Origin: Candidatus Bathyarchaeota archaeon | Lineage (GTDB): Archaea > Thermoproteota > Bathyarchaeia > Bathyarchaeales > Bathycorpusculaceae | Assembly: GCA_963702095.1 (NCBI GenBank) | Contig: OY969706.1 | Location: 1,376,001-1,440,000, forward strand | Reading direction: 5' to 3' | DNA: 64,000 nucleotides | Notes under the pieces: generated by a model | Databases searched by the model: none | What the model was told of the DNA's origin: nothing | What the model saw: only the letters and a program-made list of their open reading frames with translations | Shown here: positions 40,342 to 51,892 of the stretch, one piece after another | Layout: every line of letters starts with the position of its first letter | Position numbering within the stretch: position 1 is the first letter of the stretch | Program-made: the position numbers and the translations under genes

Positions 40342-41393
40342 GTATTTGATTCTCCTGTGTGGTTGTTTGCAGCCATTAAGGCGACAGCGGCGGCGGGGGT
40401 GGCAATGACCGCTTGCTTGGACAGCACTTGGTCCATGTCGATGATTTCGTCGGCGCCTATTTGCTGGGCTGCTTTGCGTGCAAGGAATCTTCTTCCAAGC
40501 CCAGTGACCACGACTGGAACATGTGAAGCCAACGTTTTTGTGTATGCATAGGCTCTGCTTAAGCCCGATGCAATCTGATTGATCTGCTGGGCGTAGATAT
40601 ACTGTGCCATCCCACGGAGTTCGTGCTGGGTAAGCATCTCGGTGTCTGCGCAAACAACCCTTGCAAGCCGCGCGTAAGCTTCGGAGACGGTTTTTCCCCT
40701 TCCATCAGCCGTTTCAGAGGTGTAATCCTCCACGCAAATGTTTCCCAGAATCACATGGACATCGCCTGATTGTGCAAAAAGCTCAGACGATACCCCCGAA
40801 ACGCCGCCTCGGAGGGGAATCGACTGCACAATCGCCGCAACATTGGTGCGCAAGCTGCCTGTGTAGACGAGTTCGCCGCAGACGAGTTTATCGAGGTCTG
40901 TTTTGCCCTTGGCAGCCAATTTGCCGCCTGCGATAGGAATAATGCTTGTGCTCGTACTCCCGACATCCGCCACGACGGCATCGCGGAGACGCTGGGCTAC
41001 TCGCCAGCCGGTCGCCGCCCAATTTGCCGCTGCAACACTGAGGGGGTTAGCTTTGGCTGATTCTGCTGTAACCAGTTGAGCGTCGGTTTTTAGAACAGAA
41101 ATCGGCGTCGCTGGAAAAGCCGTCTGGACGCAAGACAGGATGCGCTCTATGCCTTCCCGTTTGGTCTGGTAAGCATCGGAGAGTTCAGCGGTCATGGTAA
41201 CGCCTACTACGTCAGGCGCGGCAGCGAGTTTTTCCTTCACCGCCACAAGAACGCCAGTAAGTTTGTCCGGGGCTTTCCACACAGGAAAATACTCCACCGC
41301 CACCTCCACACCGCCAACCTTGCCCTTTTCAGCGTGCAGGAGCACGGCTTTGGTGTTGGCGCCTCCGATATCAAAGCCTAACGCTGTAACCAA
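40332..41393 (-). CDS. mfnF: Hydantoinase A-like C1-transfer protein; MfnF
   Basis: GFDIGGANTK, TMTAELSD, AAANW, D.GST..SIIP, ELVYTG..RT, RLARVVCAD. Confidence 0.88.
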   Translation of the reverse strand: MVTALGFDIGGANTKAVLLHAEKGKVGGVEVAVEYFPVWKAPDKLTGVLVAVKEKLAAAPDVVGVTMTAELSDAYQTKREGIERILSCVQTAFPATPISVLKTDAQLVTAESAKANPLSVAAANWAATGWRVAQRLRDAVVADVGSTSTSIIPIAGGKLAAKGKTDLDKLVCGELVYTGSLRTNVAAIVQSIPLRGGVSGVSSELFAQSGDVHVILGNICVEDYTSETADGRGKTVSEAYARLARVVCADTEMLTQHELRGMAQYIYAQQINQIASGLSRAYAYTKTLASHVPVVVTGLGRRFLARKAAQQIGADEIIDMDQVLSKQAVIATPAAAVALMAANNHTGESNTWT

Positions 41394-41403
41394 ACTCTTT
41401 GCC

Positions 41404-42623
41404 TCAAAGAATAATGCGGCTAAGCATCTTTTTAGCTTCTTCGAAACGCATTTGAGCTTCAACCAAGGTTTCTCCATAACCCATGATTAGGGCAACGGCG
41501 TCGGCGCCGTCAGGTAGGGGGAAGGGCGGCGTTATGGTTCCCGGAATTTTGGCAGGCCTCTGCGGTATACTGCAGAGTTAGGCTGCGGTATTTGGGTTTT
41601 TGAGAAGCAAGCAACACCTAAAGTCCGCAGCTTATCAGGCAATTTCCCCATGGTAACCGCCTCGATGAGAGCATGGGCAACGTTGAAGCTGACAACTTGG
41701 CGCAGCCCAACATAAGAGCTTGTTAAACGTGCGTTGACGTCGAGGACAAAGATTTTTTCTTGCCCCAAAACCAAGTCTACCCCCACGTAGCCTCTGAGCC
41801 CAAAAGATTCAACAACCCGCTCAGCCAAAGCCATTGCTTCAGCCTTTTTTGGGTGCTCAAAGGGTACGCAGCCGCCAACATAACTTGACTCTGCCTCAGC
41901 TGCCAAGGTGATTTGCTGCCTGTTCAAAGTAATTGCCACTGCTTTAGTGCCATTTGAGAGCAGGCTTACGCTTACCGATTCCCCCGCAGCCCTCTCTTGG
42001 ACGATGAACTGTGGGTTTTTGGTTTCGACTCTGATTTTTACGAGGGCAACGGCGATGTCTTGGGCGCAGTCTATCAGGCTTATTCCGCTGCAGCCAGCTC
42101 CATCCATTGGCTTAAAGATAATGGGGTAAGCCAACTGGGATGCGATGGCTTGCTCAACCTGTTGGGGGCTGTCAGCAACGTTTAGCAACAGAGTTTTTGG
42201 TGTTGGGTAACCGTTTTTTTGCAGATTCAAATAGAAGGCGGCTTTGTCAGCGACTTTTGCTATGGCATCTGATGGGCTATTAAGTGAGGTTTTTTTTGTT
42301 TGCTCTGCAAGCTCAACGTATGACTGCAGGGTGTGTCCTGTCTCGGGTGCAATAACATAGATTGCGTCGTTATTCTTAGCCAAATTCAAGAGGAGTTCCT
42401 TTGGTTCATCGGCGTAGAGAACCTGCGACGTATAGTTGGCTTCAAGCGGCGGACTGAGCCTGTAGAGTCTTGAATCAAGCAGAACCGTCACCTGATGCTC
42501 CGCCGCCCTAAAATCAGCGACGACACACCGCAACATAGCAAAACCCTCCGCCAAAACACCCATCGGCAAAGGTTGCCCAGCGTATCCGCCGCCGCACACA
42601 TGCTCATAAACGACTATCCTCAA
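41404..42623 (-). CDS. mfnD: ATP-grasp tyramine-glutamate ligase MfnD; apparent frameshift at ~41555
   Basis: EG.AML, IAPE, KP.DGAG, QE...G..VSVS, GYVGVD, DVNARLT.SY.GL; shifted tail ..PPFPLPDG..MLSRIIL* ends 10 nt before mfnF. Confidence 0.82.
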
Positions 42624-42660
42624 AGTTCAGCCTCAGAGGCAATTTGAGTTTTGCATGGTG

Positions 42661-43794
42661 TTAAAGCTTTTCTGTCGTTAACTCCGCCAAAAAGGCTTTG
42701 GCGTGCCTGCGCTTTACGTGAGGCATAACGACTAGGCGAATGCAGTCATAGCGTGGGATGTAGGAGACAAACCAGCCCTGCTTCCACAGGCGTTCAGCTA
42801 AATGTTTGGTGTTTTCGCTTCGGAATGCTGCCACGTTCAGGGTTGGTTTGGATACGAGTTTGAACCCTGCTTTTCTTAGCCCGTCAGCGATATATGCGGT
42901 ATTTCTCATGCACTCAGCCACGATTTTTTGGAACCCTTCTCTGCCCAGCAATCGAAAAACTGCCCACGCCGACGCCGCCGAAGCGCCCGACCTTGTGCCG
43001 ACAAAGGTGTAGTGGGCTTGGTCGTTGAGGTAAGGGGTTGCGGTTTTTAGGGCTTCAAGCATACAGGGGTTTCGGAACAGGATGCCGCCTGCGGGTATGG
43101 CTGCCATGCCCATTTTGTGGGGGTCCACGGTGACGGATTTGACGCCTTCAAGCCTGAAATCAAATGGATAAGTGACTTTAGGCAGAAAAGGCAGTACCAA
43201 ACCGCCGAAAGCCGCATCCACATGCAAATGCAACCCATGCTCCACGGCGATTTCCGAGAGCGCCTCGATGGGGTCAACGACGCAAAGTTCAGCGGTTCCG
43301 GCGGTGCCTACCAAAGCCACCGTGTTCTCGCTGATTAGCCCTTCAACTGCTTTAGCATCGACTCTATAGGCGCTGTCCAGTGGGGCGTAGATGGGTTTTA
43401 GGTTGAGTAGGCGGCAGATTTTTGTGAAGGAGAAATGGGCTGACTGTGGCAGAACAACCTCGGGGGAAGCGTTTTTGGCTGCGTTTTTCGCTGCCTGAAG
43501 CGCGAGGAGGTTTGCTTCTGTGCCGCCTGACACGACCAAGCCACAGGTGCCTTTGCCGTTGAGTAAATCGGAAAGCTGCGCGACCACTTCGTGCTCCAAC
43601 TTTGCCGCGGCGGGAAAAAGTCCTTGGTCACCCAAGTTGGATTCAAAAAAAAGTTCATACGCTTTTTTGGCGATTGGGTGCGGCTGGGTGCACATGGAAC
43701 AGAGGATTCTGCCGCTGCTATACCGCTGGTTTTGGAGCTGGCGACGTTTTAATTCTTCTAAAACCGCTTTTCTGCCACAGCCCTCACGCTGCAA
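42661..43794 (-). CDS. mfnA: PLP-dependent L-tyrosine/L-aspartate decarboxylase MfnA
   Basis: SMCT.PH, NLGD.GLFP, SGGTEAN, AHFSF.K, HVDAAFGG, DPHKMG, GTRSG. Confidence 0.93.
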   Translation of the reverse strand: MQREGCGRKAVLEELKRRQLQNQRYSSGRILCSMCTQPHPIAKKAYELFFESNLGDQGLFPAAAKLEHEVVAQLSDLLNGKGTCGLVVSGGTEANLLALQAAKNAAKNASPEVVLPQSAHFSFTKICRLLNLKPIYAPLDSAYRVDAKAVEGLISENTVALVGTAGTAELCVVDPIEALSEIAVEHGLHLHVDAAFGGLVLPFLPKVTYPFDFRLEGVKSVTVDPHKMGMAAIPAGGILFRNPCMLEALKTATPYLNDQAHYTFVGTRSGASAASAWAVFRLLGREGFQKIVAECMRNTAYIADGLRKAGFKLVSKPTLNVAAFRSENTKHLAERLWKQGWFVSYIPRYDCIRLVVMPHVKRRHAKAFLAELTTEKL

Positions 43795-43796
43795 GG

Positions 43797-44519
43797 CTAA
43801 GCCCTCTGCAAACGTTTAACGGTTTCAGCTAACTCGGCTACGAGTTCACGGGTTATTGTGCCCTTGTTGCGGTCGTTGTCGGTGCATGCAGCACCCCTTA
43901 AACCCACAATGTCCGCGCCTAAACGGTGAACTATGGACAGGTCCTCTTTTCGCAGTGAACCCGCCAACGCCGCCTCCAATCCAGAGGCATGGGAGGATTC
44001 GACGAAGGTTTGGAGTTGCTGGGCGGTTTGATGTGTGAAGAGGTATGATCCGTCTTTGATGGCGGTGTCAAGCATGGCAACGTCGGCTTTGCCTTCACAG
44101 GCGATTTGAGGAATAAATGCGGGGTCTATGGTGCCGATTTTTTCTGCGTCTGCATAGCCTGTCGCGACCACTTTGATTTGGGGGTTGCAGTCTTTGGCGG
44201 CTCTGCACACTTGCTGTAACAAGAAAACCGCTTCGTCGCGGGTTTTTACCCCGTATAATCCCACTTTAACATAGTTCACCCCTAAAGATGCAGCGCCCAA
44301 TGCAGCAAGCGAGATGGAGCCGGGAAGGTTCGGGGCGTCACCTAGGGCACAGCTGACTTCGATGGGTTTAGGTGTTAAATCAGCGATTTTTTTGATAACC
44401 CATGGGAAATTGGCGCCTAACGCGCCTTCTTTGGGGTTTTTAACGTCAATTATGTCTGCGCCGCCCAGTATGGCTTCTAGGGCTTCGACTTCGTTGATGG
44501 GGCTTATTAGGAGCTTCAA
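43797..44519 (-). CDS. mfnB: (5-formylfuran-3-yl)methyl phosphate synthase MfnB
   Basis: MKLLISP...EA..A..GGADIIDVKNPKEG.LGANFPWVI; MLDTAIKDG; ALAGSL; GLRGAAC. Confidence 0.93.
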   Translation of the reverse strand: MKLLISPINEVEALEAILGGADIIDVKNPKEGALGANFPWVIKKIADLTPKPIEVSCALGDAPNLPGSISLAALGAASLGVNYVKVGLYGVKTRDEAVFLLQQVCRAAKDCNPQIKVVATGYADAEKIGTIDPAFIPQIACEGKADVAMLDTAIKDGSYLFTHQTAQQLQTFVESSHASGLEAALAGSLRKEDLSIVHRLGADIVGLRGAACTDNDRNKGTITRELVAELAETVKRLQRA

Positions 44520-44658
44520 TTGGGCATCACACAGATGCGGTTTGACGGTGCCTTTAAAGTTTTTCTATACAATTATGTATTTCAGTTTTTTATCGAGTTC
44601 CCCTATAAACAAGAGTTTTGAATACGGTTATTGAGTAGTTTTGAATCAAAAGTTTGGT

Positions 44659-44800
44659 GTTCTGCTTGCGGTTTATTCCACAACCAGCCAGCAAGGCATT
44701 TCAGTTGCAGAATGCAAAACACAGTCGCCTGCAAATCCCATAGGAAGAAGATGAGCAAGGGGCGCTCCGCCTTCTTCTTAAACTAGAAAAAACAAAAAAC
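44659..44800 (+). repeat. Dispersed ~140-bp repeat, copy C
   Basis: GTTCTGCTTGCGGTTTATTCCACAACCAGCCAGCAA..CAAAACACAGTCGCCT..GGAAGAAGATGAGCAAGGGGCGCTCCGCCTTCTTCTTAAACTAGAAAAAA. Confidence 0.85.
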
Positions 44801-44826
44801 CAAGTTTACTCACCATTAAGTGGAAT

Positions 44827-45171
44827 TTAGTGTTTTAGTGCGATTAACTCGTACTTGGTCGGTTTCGACCCAGACGCCTTCATAGCCTGCAATGCTTTGT
44901 AGCGTTGGGGGTCGCCCATGGCTGACTCGAACACTTGCTGCTCCAACTCAGCAGTGAACTCGGTTTCATATACTTTGACGGTGGCCTGATAGATTTTGGC
45001 TCGTTTGACTTTAGATAAATCAACCGTTTTGTCGGCGCTTAGGCAAAGCGGTATGTTCCCATCTAAGTCTAAGGCGTCCACATGGCGTTGTTTGGTTTCA
45101 ACTCGGGTGACACGGATCTTTTTTTGCACTGTTTCGATGTGTTTCCAGTTGGGCTGCATCATACTAATCAA
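44827..45171 (-). CDS. Hypothetical protein
   Basis: 114-aa ORF downstream of pelota, natural composition. Confidence 0.65.
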   Translation of the reverse strand: MISMMQPNWKHIETVQKKIRVTRVETKQRHVDALDLDGNIPLCLSADKTVDLSKVKRAKIYQATVKVYETEFTAELEQQVFESAMGDPQRYKALQAMKASGSKPTKYELIALKH

Positions 45172-45243
45172 ACACTCGTAGCGATGTATCCGTTTGTGTT
45201 AAATTTGTTGCGGTTAGAAAAGCAGAAAAATAGGTTTAGAGGT

Positions 45244-46338
45244 TTAGCTTTGGCTTGCTTGTTCCCTATAAATTGGGAACCGTAGTAGCGCCGCTATGCC
45301 CCCCAGCGAAACCAACTTAAAACCCGCCTCGTGCTCAGTGCTAACCACTGTCACTGCGGCGTTGCGTCTTTCCACTTGATGCATAAGGTCTTCAAGTTTA
45401 AGCCTCTGTTGCTCATCGGCATCACGCAAGGTCGTATCCGCAATCACCAGCTTCTCCACAGCACCCATCATCACCGCATTCTCAACCGCGTCTAAGCCAT
45501 AGGTGACTGTACCTGCCCCTTTACCTAGCCGCTTCATCACTTCCTCAATGGTTTCAGTTTCCTCTACGATGCGGAGTTGATGCGCAGTTTTCAGTAAGAC
45601 GCCTGAGCGTAGCGCTTCGTCGATGCCTGCTGTGCCGCCGTTGTTAACGCTTTTAATGTCAACCACTGCCTTGGACAATTCCCTGTTTTCATCTTGAAGA
45701 TAATTAACAAAGTCGTTTTTTACGTAGCCAGCACCAATAATAACAATGGGGTTATGTTTTGGCGCCCAGAGTTTTTCTATGCTGGTTAAAGCGAGTTTAA
45801 AGTAGCCTTTAGTGGCTTCGACGCGTTTGTCCGCGTCCTGCTTGCCGGGAAGCCGAGTGCGTTGTTCCACACGGGTTTCGTAGCCGTACTGTTTGGTTTC
45901 AGCTATGGCAAAGCCTTCATCGTCGATGGAGAGTATAAGCAAGGGTTTTTCGGTTTCGCTTGCCTTTTCCAGTCGGTCCAAGAGGTGTTTGGGCCATTCT
46001 TTCTTTACAATGGTCATTTGCTGGTTAAGTGCAATGGCGAGCGTATGATGGGCACCTGTGGGTATTATGTCGGGGGCGTGGATTATTAAGCCGTGGACCC
46101 GCAGTTTACCTAGGAACTTGTCCCAACCTACCGATTCTACTCTAACGCCCATGAAAACTGAAACGCGTTCGCCGCTTTTGGGGCGACTGGTTTCTGTGTC
46201 GCTTTTAATGGCGCGGCTGCTGTAGGCGTAGACTTCGTCGCCTTTATAGACGACGTTGTATAGGTGCCAGAGGTCGTCTGGGGTGTCGGGGACGACTTTG
46301 ACGAAGCCTTGGTGGAGGTCTTTTTGGATAATTTTCAA
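45244..46338 (-). CDS. pelA: mRNA surveillance protein pelota (Dom34)
   Basis: DDLWHLYNVV.KGD, LRVHG.I, HHT, LPGK, YG...V..A...GAVE.L, HEAG..L..LGGIAALLRF. Confidence 0.95.
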   Translation of the reverse strand: MKIIQKDLHQGFVKVVPDTPDDLWHLYNVVYKGDEVYAYSSRAIKSDTETSRPKSGERVSVFMGVRVESVGWDKFLGKLRVHGLIIHAPDIIPTGAHHTLAIALNQQMTIVKKEWPKHLLDRLEKASETEKPLLILSIDDEGFAIAETKQYGYETRVEQRTRLPGKQDADKRVEATKGYFKLALTSIEKLWAPKHNPIVIIGAGYVKNDFVNYLQDENRELSKAVVDIKSVNNGGTAGIDEALRSGVLLKTAHQLRIVEETETIEEVMKRLGKGAGTVTYGLDAVENAVMMGAVEKLVIADTTLRDADEQQRLKLEDLMHQVERRNAAVTVVSTEHEAGFKLVSLGGIAALLRFPIYREQASQS

Positions 46339-46459
46339 CTAAATCCGTCTCGGTTGATACTTGAATGCATAAACAGGTAGAAATATACTGCGGAGCAAAG
46401 AGTAGATAAAACTTTAAATCCCATGCAAACTAAACTTTAATTGCGTTTTAGGTGTTTTT

Positions 46460-46789
46460 ATGTCTGAAAATCTTCACCAGTACATGTGCCAATACCTAGA
46501 AAAAAATATTGACCCCTTCAAAGGATGCCTTGTCGCTGCATTAAAAAGCAAATGTGAATACCTAAGTCTGCTCGACCAAAGTTTAGGCACCCCCATGCCA
46601 TCGGATGACATTCGAAACTGCGAGTTATTAGCTCATGCAGGCTTGTTCCGAGAAGAAATTCGGCTTAACCGCGACGGACGCAACCGATACAAACTGTTTT
46701 TCCTAACCGACTCAGGGAGGCGGCTTGCTACGGCAATCGAGCATGAAGGTTTCGACGGAGACATTCCCGAAAGTATACCTGTAATCTAA
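46460..46789 (+). CDS. Hypothetical protein, possible winged-helix
   Basis: L..AGL.......R.RYKLF.LT.SGR wing-like motif. Confidence 0.6.
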   Translation: MSENLHQYMCQYLEKNIDPFKGCLVAALKSKCEYLSLLDQSLGTPMPSDDIRNCELLAHAGLFREEIRLNRDGRNRYKLFFLTDSGRRLATAIEHEGFDGDIPESIPVI

Positions 46790-46830
46790 TCTAAGTTGGC
46801 TTCTAAAAGATTGGACAAAAAAGTTTTGGG

Positions 46831-46850
46831 CGGGAAGAGAAAACTTCCCG
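46831..46850. terminator. Hairpin between convergent genes
   Basis: CGGGAAG-AGAAAA-CTTCCCG perfect 7-bp stem; T-tract follows on the minus strand. Confidence 0.5.
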
Positions 46851-46858
46851 TGGATTGC

Positions 46859-49070
46859 TTAGTGTATCAGTTGTAGCAGATTGTAGAACACTGGGATGAA
46901 GACGATGGAGAGCGTGCTTAGCAACTTGATGAGGACGTGGAGGCTTGGGCCTGCTGTATCTTTGAGTGGGTCGCCAACTGTGTCGCCTACGACTGCTGCT
47001 GCATGTGCTGGACTGCCTTTGCCGCCGAATTTGCCTGATTCGATGAATTTCTTTGCGTTATCCCATGCGCCGCCGCCTGTGTTCATAAACAGTGCCAATG
47101 GAACTGCAGATAGTGTTGCGCCGATGACGAATGCGCCGACTGCTTCGGGGCCGAGGAGGACACCGACTATGATCGGGAAAATCACAAGGATTAATCCTGG
47201 AAGTACCATGCCTTTTAATGCGGATTTTGTGCTGATGTCTACTGCTTTGCCGTAGTCTGGTTTACCTGTGCCGTCCATGATGCCGGGGATTTCTCTGAAT
47301 TGGCGTCTGACTTCTTCAACCATTTCGGCCGCTGCTTTTCCAACTGCGCTGATCGCTTGGCTACTGAAGAAGAAGGGCAGCATTGCGCCGAGGAAGCCTG
47401 CAATGAGTACAGCTGGGTTGGATATGTCTACGATGAAGGGTACGCCTGTTTGTAGTGTTACTTCTGAAGCATAGGTTTGGAATAGCAATTGCGCCGCAAG
47501 CAAGGCTGAGCCGAGTGCAAAGCCTTTTGTGAGTGCTTTTGTTGTGTTGCCGACTGCATCAAGGGCTTCCATGGTTTCTTCTGCGCCGCCTTCACCGGAC
47601 ATTTCGGCTATGCCGGCTGCGTTGTCAGCGATTGGACCAAAGCCGTCGAGGGCTAAGACCATGCCCATAACTGCGAGCATACCCATGGTTGCAAGGGTGG
47701 TTCCGTAGATGCCGCCGATGAATGGGTCTATGTATGTGCTATTGGTGGCGTTCCATGAAGCTGCGAATTGCGTTCCAAAGAAGTATGAAACTATCAGGGC
47801 GATGACCAGTGAGATTATCGGTAGCGCTGTGGTTTCGAGTCCTACTGCGAACCCTGTGATAATGTTGGTTGCGGCGCCTGTTTCGCTGGCTTTAGCAATC
47901 CGTCCGACTGGTTTGCGGTCGCTTCCTGTGTAGTAGTCTGTGATGTAGTCGATTGCTACACTTGCAGCTAAGCCCGCGAGTAAGCAGAAGTAGAGGTAAA
48001 TGTAAGTCATGGAGATAGTCATGTCACCTAAGAGTACAATGTCAGCGATTAAGAACAGTATGCCTGAAACGATGGTGGTTACTGAGGAGGCCTTTGCGTA
48101 GTGCTTTCATTGGGTGTTTTGCTTCTGCAGCGGTAAGCTTCACAAAGGGCATGCCGATTAATGTGGCAAAGATGCCCAAGGCGCGAGCGATCAAGGGGAA
48201 TATCAAGAAGATGAGGTTTCCTGTTGCAATACTGATTAAGCCGCCGATGATCATGCCACCGATGTTTTCGCCAGTGGCTGATTCAAAGAGGTCAGCTCCT
48301 CTGCCAGCGCTGTCACCGACATTGTCACCGACGTTGTCAGCGATAACTGCTGGGTTACGTGGGTCGTCTTCAGGTATGCCTGCTTCAACTTTTCCCACGA
48401 GGTCTGCACCGACGTCTGCAGCTTTAGTGTAGATGCCGCCTCCAAGCTGCGCAAACAATGCGATCAAAGAGGCGCCAAAACCCATGCCCACGATGCCACT
48501 TGCTGCATTTCTACCAAGAGTTGCTGCTTCTGTGACGTTCATGGTGTTAAACATGGCGTTAAAGCCGCCGTAAAGCAAAAACAGAAAACTCACACCCAAC
48601 AAAGATAAACCAACAACCGCCATACCCATCGTGGCACCACCGTAAAACGCAGTTTTAAGCGCTGCTTCCGCGCCATGCTCTTTTGCCGCCGCCACGGTGC
48701 GAACATTTGCTTTTGTCGCGTTATCCATGGCGATGTAGCCAGCCGCTAAAGATGCGACTGCCCCAACCAGGAACGCTGCCGCCGTGCCGACGCCGTAGGG
48801 TCCGCTTGGCAAAGCAATCCATAGTAGGACAAAAATAACCACTGTAATTATAGCGATGGTTCTGTACTGCCTTTTGAGGAAGGCATAGGCGCCTTCGCGT
48901 ATTGCGTTGCCTACTTCGACGGTTTTGGGTCCGCCTGGACTCATTTTACCGATTCTATACATGAGTAGAAGAGAGGCAACAACAGCAATAACGCCTGCAA
49001 CTGGTGCAATCCAAAACACTGAGGGGTTTGTAGAAGTTAAGGTTTGTAGGGGGATGTACATGCACAACAA
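46859..49070 (-). CDS. hppA: Membrane H+-translocating pyrophosphatase, K+-independent type; apparent frameshift at ~48085
   Basis: GGIYTKAADVGADLVGKVE, EDDPRN, DNVGDNVGD, GGAWDNAKK, GDTVGDPLKD; GNTTKA (Lys) is the K+-independent signature. Confidence 0.93.
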
Positions 49071-49231
49071 GCCATTTCATTTTACTTATAAAATTTTCCA
49101 TGCGATTTTTTTAATTTATCGTTTGAACCCCAAATTAGCTTTAACTATGCATTTTTCTCGGATAATTCGCTTGGTTGTATTTTTAAGGAAGCCACACATA
49201 TTTCAAATAAGAGTATCTAGTAGTGAGTCGA

Positions 49232-50357
49232 ATGCCCCAGAGACTAATCGTGGTTAAAGTAGGCACAAACGGAATAACCAACAGCGACGGCGAACTTGAC
49301 AGCCAAGAAATGGCGAACCTTGCCGAGCAGATTGCAGATGGCCGCCAAACAGGGTGACCGCATAGTGCTGGTTACTTCGGGCGCGGTAGCCGCAGGCATA
49401 GCTGAACTGGGTATCCCGCCTAAACCCAAAGACATGGCGTTTCAGCAAGCAGCCGCCGCCACGGGTCAGAGCGTATTGATGGCGCTGTATCGGGAACTCT
49501 TCAGAAAACACGACCTAAAAGTGGCGCAGATACTGCTCACAGCCGAAGACCTCTCTAATCGCGCCTCATACGTGCACACCTGCGACGTTTTGAATTTACT
49601 GCTTAAAGTCGGCGTGGTCCCAATCATAAACGAAAACGACGTGACCAGCGTTGACGAATTGATGCGTACCGAAGGCTACAGGGTAAACTTTAGCGATAAC
49701 GACCGCCTCAGCGTGTTGGTTGCTGGAGCCATTTGCGCAGACCTAGTCATCATCCTCTCCGACGTTGAGGGCTTATACACAGCTGACCCCAAAGAACCCG
49801 GCGCCGAACTCATAAAAACCGTCGAAGCCGTAACCCCCAAACTCAAAGAGTCACTGAGCGGTAAAAGCAAACGGGGCAGAGGCGGAATACAGAGCAAACT
49901 CAAAGCCGCTGAAATCGCCACTTCGTGCGGCATTCCTGTGGTCATCGCCAACAGTCGACGCCCAAACGTGATCGTGGACGTTTTGGCGGGCAAAGAAGTT
50001 GGCACTTACTTCAAACCTCAAGAGCGCATGCCAGCAGTTAAGCGGTGGATAGCTTACGGCGCCGCAGTTAAAGGCACCATCCACGTTAATGCTGGAGCAA
50101 AAAAAGCTATTTTGGAAGGTTCCAGTTTGCTGCCTGTGGGCGTAACTGAAGTTGTGGGCTCGTTCAACGAGGGTGATGTGGTCAGTTTAGCGGATGAAAA
50201 AGGCGAATTCGCCCGGGGTAACCCCAACTACAATAGCACACAGTTAAACCTAATTAAAGGGCTCCAAGTATCAGAAGTACAGCGGAAACTCGGTGCAGAC
50301 AAACCCAAAGAAGTCGTTGACCACCGAAACATCCACCTCACAGAGGAGTCAGCATGA
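49232..50357 (+). CDS. proB: Glutamate 5-kinase with PUA domain; apparent frameshift at ~49337
   Basis: MPQRLIVVKVGT N-terminus in another frame; VTSGAV, QAAAA.GQ, INEND, DND.LS, C-terminal PUA domain. Confidence 0.92.
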
Positions 50358-51601
50358 GCATGATAGAGGAAATATGCATCAAAGCCAAAGCGGCAGCGTT
50401 TGAAATGGGCAAGCTCTCAGCAGACGCCAAAAACAATGCGCTCTGCAGAATGGCAAACGCGTTGGAAGCCAACGCTGAAAAGATTTTGGCAGCCAACAAA
50501 ATCGACGTTGAAGCAGCTAAAGCCCGTGGACTTAAAGCTTCACTGCTAGACCGTTTGGCACTGGACCAGAAGAAAATCCAAACCATGGCTAGGGAACTCC
50601 GCGAAGTCTCAGCATTGCCCGATCCCATAGGCACTTACTTGGCGACTTGGACTCGCCCCAACGGATTGATCATAAGCCAAATCCGCGTACCCATGGGCGT
50701 AGTAGGCGTAATCTACGAATCCCGACCTAACGTCACCTCAGATTCGGCTGGCATCTGCATAAAATCAGGCAACGCTGTCATCCTCCGAGGCGGCTCCGAT
50801 GCGTTGCATTCAAACGTAGCAATCGGCGAAGTCCTCCGCGAAGCACTCGTGGGAACAAACGTGCCTGCAGATGCTATCCAAATCGTCAATTCGCCTGACC
50901 GCAAAGCCGCCGAGGAACTCATGAGCATGCGCCGATACATTGATGTGCTGGTGCCCAGAGGAGGCGCAGACCTAATCAACACCGTCGTGGAGAAGTCGCG
51001 CATCCCAGTTATCGAAACAGGCACAGGCAACTGCCACGTCTATGTTGAAAAGGATGCGGACCTCGAAAAGGCTACGCCTATCGTGATAAACGCAAAAGTT
51101 CAGCGGCCTGGCGTCTGTAACGCAGCCGAGAAGCTGATTGTGCACAGCGGAATCGCTAAGTCTTATCTGCCAGTGATCATTGCGGAATTGCGTAAGAATG
51201 GCGTCGAAGTTCGAGGCGACGAAGCCACCCAAAAAATCGCCCCCGACGTCAAAGCCGCAACCGAGCAGGACTGGTACACCGAATACCTCGACCTAATCAT
51301 AGGGATCAAAGTCGTAGACAACTTAGATGAAGCAATTGCTCATATCAACAAGTACGGTACACACCACTCAGATAGCATTGTCACAGCCAGCTTCGACAAA
51401 GCCATGCGGTTCCTAAAGGAGGTCGACTCCGCCGCAGTCTACTGGAACGCTTCCACCCGATTCACAGACGGCAACCAATTTGGCTTAGGCGCAGAAATCG
51501 GCATATCCACACAGAAACTGCATGCACGCGGACCCATGAGCGTCCAGCACCTCACCACAACCAAGTACGTTGTGTTAGGCGATGGACAGATTAGGAAATA
51601 G
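50354..51601 (+). CDS. proA: Gamma-glutamyl phosphate reductase
   Basis: IYESRPNVT, LRGGS, PRGG, G.GNCH, CNA.E, NASTRFTDG, EIGISTQKLHARGPM. Confidence 0.97.
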   Translation: MSMIEEICIKAKAAAFEMGKLSADAKNNALCRMANALEANAEKILAANKIDVEAAKARGLKASLLDRLALDQKKIQTMARELREVSALPDPIGTYLATWTRPNGLIISQIRVPMGVVGVIYESRPNVTSDSAGICIKSGNAVILRGGSDALHSNVAIGEVLREALVGTNVPADAIQIVNSPDRKAAEELMSMRRYIDVLVPRGGADLINTVVEKSRIPVIETGTGNCHVYVEKDADLEKATPIVINAKVQRPGVCNAAEKLIVHSGIAKSYLPVIIAELRKNGVEVRGDEATQKIAPDVKAATEQDWYTEYLDLIIGIKVVDNLDEAIAHINKYGTHHSDSIVTASFDKAMRFLKEVDSAAVYWNASTRFTDGNQFGLGAEIGISTQKLHARGPMSVQHLTTTKYVVLGDGQIRK

Positions 51602-51892
51602 CTGTTGCTCTGCCACTACCCCCCTTCCCCTATATAAAGCGGTAACCAATGGGCACCCTCCCGCTGTATTTTTGTAGTTTGTAATAGGCATCAAATGGTT
51701 AGTGTATCATTTGGTCAAACCTTCCGAAGGTGCCGAATGATATCTAACTGCAATTGTCAATGAGATTGAGTAATCAGCTTAATTCTGAAAAGCCCTGAAT
51801 TTGATTAACCATGCTACAACTATTGTAAACTTTATATGATTTGGTAGACAAATGGTTATTCAGGGCTACACTGTCCTGCAGGCGGCTTTTCT

